A stretch of DNA of 24,000 bases, taken from the sequence record MN013081.1; one strand, written 5' to 3'. Shown piece by piece: positions 1-6,528 of this stretch. Position 1 is the stretch's first letter. Each line of letters begins with the position of its first letter. A program made the position numbers and the translations under genes. The notes below the pieces were generated by a model. The model worked only from the letters and a program-made list of their open reading frames with translations, had not been told where the DNA came from and did no database searches. The stretch comes from Klebsiella phage vB_KpnM_Potts1.

Positions 1-2
1 TT

Positions 3-143
3 TATCTGGCTAAGTTGGTCTGGAATTACATGAATGCTGACGCAGCAGAATGGACACCGTCTGCTAATCTTAAACGTGCCGTAGAAGATTACAACCAATC
101 TGCAGCAAACAGCCAATATCAATCTCCAGAGTGGTTCATGTAA
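3..143 (+). CDS. C-terminal part of a hypothetical protein (...YLAKLVWNYMNADAAEWTPSANLKRAVEDYNQSAANSQYQSPEWFM*), truncated by the window start
   Basis: Open frame from base 3 to TAA 141-143; overlaps the next ATG (143) in a TAATG arrangement. Confidence 0.6.
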   Translation, partial: YLAKLVWNYMNADAAEWTPSANLKRAVEDYNQSAANSQYQSPEWFM

Positions 144-319
144 TGGATTTGTTTGAAATGTTCGAAGAAGCCGCTAAAGAGCCTGTACCACCGTATAAGG
201 ATCTTATCGATGAACTTGACATAATCATACAGAAACATGGAATAAATCTCCCTCCCGACGCCCTGTTAGAGCTGGCTTCCTACTATCGTGACCCACCACC
301 ATGGGCACCTTGGAAGTAA
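143..319 (+). CDS. Small acidic hypothetical protein, 58 aa (MDLFEMFEEAAKEP...)
   Basis: ATG at 143 in frame with track ORF 131..319; translationally coupled to the upstream ORF. Confidence 0.6.
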   Translation: MDLFEMFEEAAKEPVPPYKDLIDELDIIIQKHGINLPPDALLELASYYRDPPPWAPWK

Positions 320-330
320 ATCCAAAGGTG

Positions 331-359
331 TTTACATTCTCTTTTTAGCGTGTTAGTAT
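331..359 (+). promoter_or_regulatory. T4-type early (sigma70) promoter, TTTACA-N17-TAGTAT
   Basis: TTTACA 331-336, spacer 17, TAGTAT 354-359, directly upstream of the ADP-ribosyltransferase gene. Confidence 0.7.
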
Positions 360-387
360 CTCTTACATCAAACAGGAGATACTAACA
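351..387 (+). repeat. Perfect 12-bp inverted repeat TGTTAGTATCTC (351-362) / GAGATACTAACA (376-387), 13-nt loop; covers the -10 box, Shine-Dalgarno and the first base of the start codon
   Basis: Direct reading of both arms. Confidence 0.85.
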
Positions 388-989
388 TGCTTATCCAAAT
401 CAGTTCAGAAGAAAAAGTTCGTCAAAGTATCCAGTCTAAAGTGGAAGAAAAATTCACAGATATAGAGCAAAGTACTCTGTGGCTTTGTCTTAATGATAAG
501 AACGAAGAACTTATTCATTCCAGGCTGAACCCTATCGTACGTAAGCACATGTCTACTACGGTACCAGCAGAATTGTATCGTGGGGTGACAATGATTGAAG
601 CGCAAAAACTTTATAATCTAGCTGAAGGTGATACATTTACTTTAGGACGTGTTACAAGCTTCAGCTCTGATTTCTCTACTGCCAAGCAGTTTGCTTCTAA
701 CTGGCATTACGATTCAAATCTGATTCTGAGCATGCAGAACTGCCCGTGGGCATACAACTATCAAGAAGATATCACTAATATTCTTCTTGGTGCTCCTGAT
801 GAAGAGTATATGGGTTTAGTGTCAACTGAAGATCAACGCAAGGATAAGTTAGATATGGTTCAAGGTGAGTGTGAGTTTATGCTTCCGAAGGAAGCAGCGT
901 ACCGCATACTGCGTATCGAAGATAAATCTAATCCAGGCACAAACATGACGGCTTATACTATTCTTCATCTAGAACTTGTCGGTTGGTAA
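387..989 (+). CDS. modA: ADP-ribosyltransferase of the T4 ModA/ModB/Alt type, 200 aa
   Basis: R-S-E features: LYRGVT, TSFSSDFSTAKQFA, GECEFMLP (ExE-type). Length close to T4 ModA and syntenic position upstream of dda. Confidence 0.75.
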   Translation: MLIQISSEEKVRQSIQSKVEEKFTDIEQSTLWLCLNDKNEELIHSRLNPIVRKHMSTTVPAELYRGVTMIEAQKLYNLAEGDTFTLGRVTSFSSDFSTAKQFASNWHYDSNLILSMQNCPWAYNYQEDITNILLGAPDEEYMGLVSTEDQRKDKLDMVQGECEFMLPKEAAYRILRIEDKSNPGTNMTAYTILHLELVGW

Positions 990-1058
990 TAGAATGTAGC
1001 CAAAACATCCATGAAACCATTATACCGTTAAAAATTCTAAAGCAAATAGGGGTTCAAA

Positions 1059-1250
1059 ATGCACAAGGTCTTAATCATGCTGTGGTACACCAAAGATGGT
1101 CAACACTACCACTCTAGTTTCGAGAAAACCGTCTTTGGTCCTGACATCCACTGGATTGCTCGTCAGTACTCAGAAGTCAACGAAAACTGCCTCTGCAAGA
1201 TCTTCCTGGACGATCGCAAAATCGCCGAGCACGGAAGTCACAAACAATAG
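1059..1250 (+). CDS. Hypothetical protein, 63 aa
   Basis: ATG-initiated ORF preceded by AGGGG-like SD in an intergenic gap. Confidence 0.6.
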   Translation: MHKVLIMLWYTKDGQHYHSSFEKTVFGPDIHWIARQYSEVNENCLCKIFLDDRKIAEHGSHKQ

Positions 1251-1279
1251 TTTACGTCGGTGTAGAGGCATGTTACTAT
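1251..1279 (+). promoter_or_regulatory. Early promoter, TTTACG-N17-TACTAT
   Basis: TTTACG 1251-1256, spacer 17, TACTAT 1274-1279. Confidence 0.65.
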
Positions 1280-1290
1280 ACTTCTACACC
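1259..1290 (+). repeat. Inverted repeat GGTGTAGA (1259-1266) / TCTACACC (1283-1290) with the -10 box in the loop
   Basis: Direct reading. Confidence 0.75.
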
Positions 1291-1308
1291 AACTGAGAGG
1301 ATAAAATA

Positions 1309-2049
1309 ATGCAAGCATCTAACGAAGTTATAGTAGCACGTCGTCTGGCTAAAACTTTTGAATCTGCTAAGTCTCGTGGTAAAGACTTCAATCTTACCTT
1401 CGAGTACATGACCAATATTCTGGCTCAGACACACTGTGCTTACTCTGGTGAGAAGTTCACTGAATTCGGTCTGGATGCATTAACTCTTGAACGTTGGGAT
1501 AACGACAAAGGTTATGTCATTGGTAACGTCATTCCAGTTAAAGAAAAGTATAACTCTGCTCGTAGCGATTATTCAATTGAACAGCTAGAAGCTCTTGCCA
1601 AAGAGAAGTCTGCTCGTATCGTTCGTGGCTCAGATAATAAGCCTGTAACATTGGGTGATGAAACTCAAGCTAAAATCGAAGTTATCGAGAAAAATATCGA
1701 AGCTATTAAAGCTCGTCTCGAAGGTCGTATTGCAGCATTGAATTCTCGTTTATCAGAAGAATCTCTAGATGAAGCTGGTAAAGTCATGGTAGCTTCCCTC
1801 AAAGCACGTATTGCAGGTGGTAAGGCTGAGATCGGACGCCAAGAAGCTAAGTTGTTCGCTCTTCGTGATGGTCGTAGTGTTAAGAATGCTACTAAGCTCT
1901 CTAAAGCAGAGGAACAAGTCCGTAGCTATGGTATAATTGTTGAAGCTCTTAAAACATTAGAGAAACGCAGCTGGCTGAACACCAAGAAATTGGAAAAAGG
2001 TCTGCCGCTGAATTGTTCCGTGCTTCAGTTGATTAAAGGTAAAATGTAA
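1309..2049 (+). CDS. HNH-like N-terminal domain plus charged, coiled-coil-like C-terminal region, 246 aa
   Basis: THCAYSGEKF...ALTLERWDNDKGYVIGNVIPVKEKYNSAR resembles the phage HNH variant (LDRxDNxKGYxxGNVxPV...N..R); SD GAGAGGA upstream. Confidence 0.5.
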   Translation: MQASNEVIVARRLAKTFESAKSRGKDFNLTFEYMTNILAQTHCAYSGEKFTEFGLDALTLERWDNDKGYVIGNVIPVKEKYNSARSDYSIEQLEALAKEKSARIVRGSDNKPVTLGDETQAKIEVIEKNIEAIKARLEGRIAALNSRLSEESLDEAGKVMVASLKARIAGGKAEIGRQEAKLFALRDGRSVKNATKLSKAEEQVRSYGIIVEALKTLEKRSWLNTKKLEKGLPLNCSVLQLIKGKM

Positions 2050-2357
2050 TGATGATGCACTATGGTTATGCTCTTGCATATAAAGACCTCCCAGGATTTG
2101 TCTTGCCGTATGATACTGGCGGCTATTGTAAGGTCTTTAATGATGAGGCTGCAGCTGAACGTGAGTTTAATGGTCTTAAAGACTATTTGAATCATCGGCT
2201 TTCAACTCGGATAAAATCTGTCGAACACCAAACAGTTCCACGTCGTTGGTGGTTCCCTAAAGTGCTTATTGTGACAACGCACTATAGTGATGACGAACTT
2301 AAATCTCTCCGCCAAATCATCAACACACTACACGTTAAAAAGGTAAGATTAGCTTGA
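2049..2357 (+). CDS. Hypothetical protein, 102 aa (T4 dda-upstream ORF position)
   Basis: TAATG coupling with the upstream gene; overlaps the dda start. Confidence 0.65.
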   Translation: MMMHYGYALAYKDLPGFVLPYDTGGYCKVFNDEAAAEREFNGLKDYLNHRLSTRIKSVEHQTVPRRWWFPKVLIVTTHYSDDELKSLRQIINTLHVKKVRLA

Positions 2358-3682
2358 TTACGTTCGATATGCTGAACAAAGGTCAGAAGAAAGCCTTTGA
2401 CTATATTATCAGTCGTATTAAAGCCGGCAAAGGAAACCATATCACACTGAATGGTCCGGCTGGGACTGGTAAAACCACGATGACTAAATTCATCGTTGAT
2501 TACTTGATTTCTCAAGGAGTATCTGGTGTCGTTTTAGCTGCTCCTACTCATGCCGCTAAAAAGGTATTAAGCAAGCTGTCTGGTATCGAAGCCAAGACAA
2601 TTCACAGTCTGCTGAAGATTAACCCGACGACATATGAAGATTCTGTGACCTTTGAACAAAAAGGTGACGTTGATGTATCTGAACTGCGTGTATTCGTTTG
2701 TGACGAAGCATCTATGTATGACCGTAAATTGTTCCAAATTCTGATGGCAACTATCCCACGCCATTGTCTTATTATTGCTATTGGTGATAAGGCTCAGATT
2801 CGTCCTGTAGAACCAGGCTCTACTGTTCCATCAATGTCTCCATTCTTTAGTCATAAAGATTTCGATCAGCTTGAACTCGATGAAGTGATGCGTAGCAATG
2901 CTCCTATCATTGAAGTGGCTACTGATATCCGTAATGGCAAGTGGATTTACGAGCATCAACGTGATGGTCATGGTGTTCATGGATTTACATCAACTACTGC
3001 TCTGAAAGATTTCATGATGCAGTATTTTGAAATCGTCAAAGATCCGATGGATATGTTCGAGAACAAGATGTTTGCTTTCACGAATAAATCTGTCGACAAG
3101 CTGAACTCTATTATTCGCCGTCGTATCCTCGAGACCGAGAATGCTTTTATTACAGGCGAAGTTATAGTAATGCAAGAGCCTTTGATTAAAGAGCTTGAGT
3201 ACGAAGGTAAGAAGTTCAACGATCTTAAATTCAATAACGGACAACATGTTCGTATTGTAAGTGCTGAGTATGTTTCATCATTTGTTTCGTGTAAAGGTGT
3301 CTCTGGCGAATATATGCTTCGACACTGGCGATTAGCCGTTGAAACTTATGATGAAGATGAAGATTATCATCTGGAAACGATTAACGTTATTTCTGATGAA
3401 CAGGAACAAAACAAGTTCCAATTCTTCTTGGCCAAGGCTGCTGATACTTATCGTAACTGGCAGAAAGGCGGTAAGGCTCCGTGGAAATCTTTCTGGACTG
3501 CTAAGCGTATGTTCCATAAAGTAAAACCTCTGCCTGCTTCAACATTCCATAAGGCTCAAGGGTTATCGGTAGATACGAGCTTCCTTTATACGCCTTGTAT
3601 TCATGTGGCTGATGCTGAATTAGCCCAACAATTATTGTACGTCGGCACTACTCGCGGACGACACGATGTTTATTATGTATAG
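2354..3682 (+). CDS. dda: Dda-like SF1 DNA helicase, 442 aa
   Basis: Walker A LNGPAGTGKTT, motif Ia LAAPTHAAKK, DEAS (VCDEASMYD), GDKAQIRPV, C-terminal STFHKAQGLSVD...LLYVGTTRGR; synteny. Confidence 0.92.
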   Translation: MITFDMLNKGQKKAFDYIISRIKAGKGNHITLNGPAGTGKTTMTKFIVDYLISQGVSGVVLAAPTHAAKKVLSKLSGIEAKTIHSLLKINPTTYEDSVTFEQKGDVDVSELRVFVCDEASMYDRKLFQILMATIPRHCLIIAIGDKAQIRPVEPGSTVPSMSPFFSHKDFDQLELDEVMRSNAPIIEVATDIRNGKWIYEHQRDGHGVHGFTSTTALKDFMMQYFEIVKDPMDMFENKMFAFTNKSVDKLNSIIRRRILETENAFITGEVIVMQEPLIKELEYEGKKFNDLKFNNGQHVRIVSAEYVSSFVSCKGVSGEYMLRHWRLAVETYDEDEDYHLETINVISDEQEQNKFQFFLAKAADTYRNWQKGGKAPWKSFWTAKRMFHKVKPLPASTFHKAQGLSVDTSFLYTPCIHVADAELAQQLLYVGTTRGRHDVYYV

Positions 3683-3689
3683 GTGAACT

Positions 3690-3911
3690 ATGATACGTAT
3701 TAATGAATTAACAGCAACTAAGCTGATTGAATCATATAAAACTGGATGGCGTGAAATGACACCATTCGAAGCTGAAGCAATGTACAAAATTAAGTGCATC
3801 TGTCAGAATGCTTTAAACGTTTCGAGTTATCTTAATATCACTCCAGACATTATCATCCAAAGTGAATTGGTTACGGTTATGTCAACTCTTGCTGATGAAG
3901 GTAAACTATGA
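3690..3911 (+). CDS. Hypothetical protein, 73 aa
   Basis: ORF between dda and dexA, ATGA overlap with dexA. Confidence 0.6.
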   Translation: MIRINELTATKLIESYKTGWREMTPFEAEAMYKIKCICQNALNVSSYLNITPDIIIQSELVTVMSTLADEGKL

Positions 3912-4591
3912 TTGACGTTGTTATTGACTATGAAACATTTGCTACAACTTCTAAAGCTGCAGCAATCGACCTGAGCTTAGTTGCTTATGATTCGGATCCG
4001 ACTGTGGTCCAATCTTTAGATGAACTGATTTCTAAAGGTCTACGTGTTAAATTTGACCTAGCATCCCAGAAAGGTGATCGGTTATTCTCTAAATCTACCT
4101 TAGCCTGGTGGAAAGAACAGTCCGCCGAAGCCCGTAAGAACTTGGCTCCTACCGCCGACGATAAAACTGTCATTGAAGGTATCAAGATTGTTCTGGACTG
4201 GCTGCGCGAACAAGGTATCGACCAGTGGAATAGCCAGATGTGGTGTCGTGGTATGAGCTTCGACTTCCCGATCTTCACCGATATGATTCGTGAACTGTAT
4301 CGTGCTGAAGGTGTTCCTGAAAATGAAATCGATACCTTCAAACTGGTGCCGGTTAAGTTCTGGAACCAACGTGATATCCGTACTGCTATTGAAGCATATA
4401 GCATGGTACGTGGTATGACTACGACTCCTCTGCCTAATGGTACTCTGAAAGGTTTCGTAGCTCATGATAGTCTTCATGACTGTGCTAAAGATATTTTGAT
4501 GTTAAAGTATGCGCAACGTTATGCTCTAGGTCTGGATGAATGTCCTACTGAAGCTGAAGCAGATCCTCTCTCACTGAGTAAAACACGATGA
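3908..4591 (+). CDS. dexA: DexA-like DnaQ-fold 3'-5' exonuclease, 227 aa
   Basis: VVIDYETFATTSKAAAIDLSLVAYD (DxE-type exonuclease motif I), SQMWCRGMSFDFPIF (motif II-like), HDSLHDCAKDI (HxxxxD motif III); synteny with T4. Confidence 0.88.
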   Translation: MIDVVIDYETFATTSKAAAIDLSLVAYDSDPTVVQSLDELISKGLRVKFDLASQKGDRLFSKSTLAWWKEQSAEARKNLAPTADDKTVIEGIKIVLDWLREQGIDQWNSQMWCRGMSFDFPIFTDMIRELYRAEGVPENEIDTFKLVPVKFWNQRDIRTAIEAYSMVRGMTTTPLPNGTLKGFVAHDSLHDCAKDILMLKYAQRYALGLDECPTEAEADPLSLSKTR

Positions 4592-4761
4592 ACGATTTTG
4601 AATATGACGAAAACTTTGAAGAATGGTTTAACTCGACCATTCTTCCTGAAATCTCACCGAATATGGTTCTAGTTATTAAAGCAACTATGGCGAAAGGCTG
4701 GGAAGCTGGTTATAATTATGGTGTTGACGTTGGTATTGAACTTTCTAACTGTGTTCGCTAA
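4588..4761 (+). CDS. Hypothetical protein, 57 aa (MNDFEYDENFEEWFNSTILPEISPNMVLVIKATMAKGWEAGYNYGVDVGIELSNCVR)
   Basis: ATGA overlap with dexA stop; not in the ORF track; read manually. Confidence 0.6.
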   Translation: MNDFEYDENFEEWFNSTILPEISPNMVLVIKATMAKGWEAGYNYGVDVGIELSNCVR

Positions 4762-4770
4762 GGAAATAAA

Positions 4771-5205
4771 ATGATTGCTATTGATTCTCTGGTTTACGTA
4801 TCCTCTCTGTCTCGTTCTCGTCTGGCCGGTAAATTCGGCGTTGTGACTGGTGTCCGTCATGATTGGTATGGCCCTGACGTTAAAGAATACGTTGTTATGG
4901 CTGACGGTGTTAAAGGTTATGTGTCACCAATGTATGTTTCCGAAGCTGAAGCTCCTAAGGTTGAATCTAAAGCTTATGTAACTGATACGGATGTTGCATC
5001 TGCTTATACTTGCCCGGTGCTGCCTCTTGTCATCGACCCGACTGACCTGCTGTGTCGTGCAGTTCAAATCGAAACTCCGTTCATCCGCGTCTGTGGTTGG
5101 GTTACCGACCAGTGGATTGAAGATGGTATCGAACTGCTGAACGTTGTCCATGATGGCGACTACTCGGTCGTTCCACGTTCAGCAGTAAAATATATCATTA
5201 AGTAG
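4771..5205 (+). CDS. Hypothetical protein, 144 aa; KOW/SH3-like N-terminus, position compatible with T4 motB
   Basis: SSLSRSRLAGKFGVVTGVRHDW...EYVVMADGVKGYVSPMYV looks like a KOW-type barrel; synteny only for the motB suggestion. Confidence 0.5.
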   Translation: MIAIDSLVYVSSLSRSRLAGKFGVVTGVRHDWYGPDVKEYVVMADGVKGYVSPMYVSEAEAPKVESKAYVTDTDVASAYTCPVLPLVIDPTDLLCRAVQIETPFIRVCGWVTDQWIEDGIELLNVVHDGDYSVVPRSAVKYIIK

Positions 5206-5234
5206 TTTACAACTTGGTAGGAGCATGATACTAT
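5206..5234 (+). promoter_or_regulatory. Early promoter, TTTACA-N17-TACTAT
   Basis: TTTACA 5206-5211, TACTAT 5229-5234. Confidence 0.65.
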
Positions 5235-5245
5235 GTTCCTACCAA
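5214..5245 (+). repeat. Inverted repeat TTGGTAGGA (5214-5222) / TCCTACCAA (5237-5245) with the -10 box in the loop
   Basis: Direct reading; 9-bp perfect arms. Confidence 0.85.
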
Positions 5246-5265
5246 CTAAATGAGAGGAAATCAAA

Positions 5266-5487
5266 ATGAAAACTGTAATCACCGAAAATTCAAATCGTGA
5301 CGAATTCGAAGACGTTCTGTTCAACCCAGATTTGGTAGTTGTTCAGAAAGATATTACTGAATTTTTATGCTGTACTCAAGTCGTGTACGTCTATAACAAA
5401 TTAGGCGATACGCTTCCAGCTTATGCTATCTTCCGTGAAATCTCAGAAAACGGTACTGATTACTGGAAAGAAACTTACGAGGCCTAA
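5266..5487 (+). CDS. Hypothetical protein, 73 aa (T4 cef-like position only)
   Basis: SD GAGAGGAAA, ATG; followed closely by the next gene. Confidence 0.6.
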   Translation: MKTVITENSNRDEFEDVLFNPDLVVVQKDITEFLCCTQVVYVYNKLGDTLPAYAIFREISENGTDYWKETYEA

Positions 5488-5488
5488 G

Positions 5489-6208
5489 ATGAAAAACAAA
5501 TATTTTCGCTTTATCAGTGATGAAGCTCGCTCTCAATTTGAAAGCAATTATTCTTCAAACATTGAGATCGGTAATGCTATCCAGAATAACATTTTTAAAG
5601 TTGTTCATCTTATTGATGGTAATGTGGTAGCTATCCAGTTTAAAAGCGGCGCTATTCTTACTCATGGTAAAGACGGTGTCTACATGACTCGCTGCGAGAT
5701 GGAAGAGTTCTTTGTTGAAGTCTCTGGCTTTGATGGCGACTCAGGTATGTGGGAAGTTAACGAAACATATATCTGTACTGATTTGAAAAGTCTGGTTCAA
5801 CACAGCCATTTGAACGTTCGCTTCGCTGAACTAGTTCATTTGAACCGGTTTAAGGTTTTGGTTGTAGATTATAGCCTTGGCAGTCCTCGCGTTAAAACTA
5901 TTCAGGTTGGCAATCAGAAAATCAATCTGGCTTTAGTTCAAGCTGAACGTTCGTTCTTTAAACGATGGATAGATTTCAAAAACTCTGTTAACGACAGAGC
6001 TGAAAGTATTCAAGAGCATTTTGACCGTCTTGATGAACTTGAACAAATCCAAGACTCGATCGATGTAGTTGAGAATGACGTCGGTATCGTCGACCGAGAG
6101 CCAATGTTTATCGAAGGCCCAGCAAAGATCGAACTGACCGTAACAGATGAAAAATCTCGTCTGGCCGCAATTAAATTTTTAGAAGGAACTCGTTTTGCCA
6201 ACGTATGA
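5489..6208 (+). CDS. Hypothetical protein, 239 aa (MKNKYFRFISDEARSQFESNYSS...)
   Basis: ATG at 5489 is more plausible than track start 5423, which lies inside the upstream gene. Confidence 0.65.
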   Translation: MKNKYFRFISDEARSQFESNYSSNIEIGNAIQNNIFKVVHLIDGNVVAIQFKSGAILTHGKDGVYMTRCEMEEFFVEVSGFDGDSGMWEVNETYICTDLKSLVQHSHLNVRFAELVHLNRFKVLVVDYSLGSPRVKTIQVGNQKINLALVQAERSFFKRWIDFKNSVNDRAESIQEHFDRLDELEQIQDSIDVVENDVGIVDREPMFIEGPAKIELTVTDEKSRLAAIKFLEGTRFANV

Positions 6209-6371
6209 TTATAAGTGTGAAGCTTGCGACGAAGAAATTACATGCCTCCGTAAAATCTCTGAACGAGATGAGCCTATCCAATGTCCTATCTTATGCTGTG
6301 AAGGTAAAATGCATCGTACTGTGTCTGCTCCTGCAGTTCACTATGATGGCCTGAAATCTGGTGACTACTAA
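6195..6371 (+). CDS. FmdB-family zinc-ribbon protein, 58 aa: MPTYDYKCEACDEEITCLRKISERDEPIQCPILCCEGKMHRTVSAPAVHYDGLKSGDY
   Basis: TTG start inside the 3' end of the upstream ORF; hallmark (M)PTYDYKCEAC N-terminus plus a second Cys cluster; not in the ORF track. Confidence 0.8.
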   Translation: MPTYDYKCEACDEEITCLRKISERDEPIQCPILCCEGKMHRTVSAPAVHYDGLKSGDY

Positions 6372-6463
6372 TGGGTTTTAAACCTCGAGTTAAAATGGTC
6401 TCCGGTGAGATGCGAGAAATCAAACTTAAAGATGGTCGCACTGTAATACTTCGTAAGAAATAA
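6371..6463 (+). CDS. Hypothetical 30-aa peptide (MGFKPRVKMVSGEMREIKLKDGRTVILRKK)
   Basis: TAATG coupling with the zinc-ribbon gene, followed by a terminator hairpin. Confidence 0.45.
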   Translation: MGFKPRVKMVSGEMREIKLKDGRTVILRKK

Positions 6464-6479
6464 GGGCTTCGGCCCTTTT
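6462..6479 (+). terminator. Rho-independent terminator AAGGGC-TTCG-GCCCTT followed by TT
   Basis: Hairpin 6462-6477 with TTCG tetraloop and T run interrupted by GC (TTTTGCTTTTT). Confidence 0.8.
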
Positions 6480-6503
6480 GCTTTTTAGAATACGGGATAA
6501 TAT
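6477..6503 (+). promoter_or_regulatory. Candidate MotA-dependent middle promoter for the topoisomerase gene
   Basis: TTTGCTTTT (6477-6485) resembles the MotA box WWTGCTTYA; TAATAT/AATATA around 6498-6504 gives box-to-(-10) centre distance near 20 bp. Confidence 0.5.
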
Positions 6504-6528
6504 AGCTTCCACTACATGAGGAAATGAA

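Noticed and set aside
2977-3247. Antisense ORFs inside dda (2977-3234, 2990-3247)
   Set aside because: Overlap a confident helicase CDS; low-complexity Ile/Ser-rich translations typical of antisense frames
3985-4477. 139-aa and 125-aa - strand ORFs over dexA
   Set aside because: Opposite a well-supported exonuclease gene; no motifs or SD
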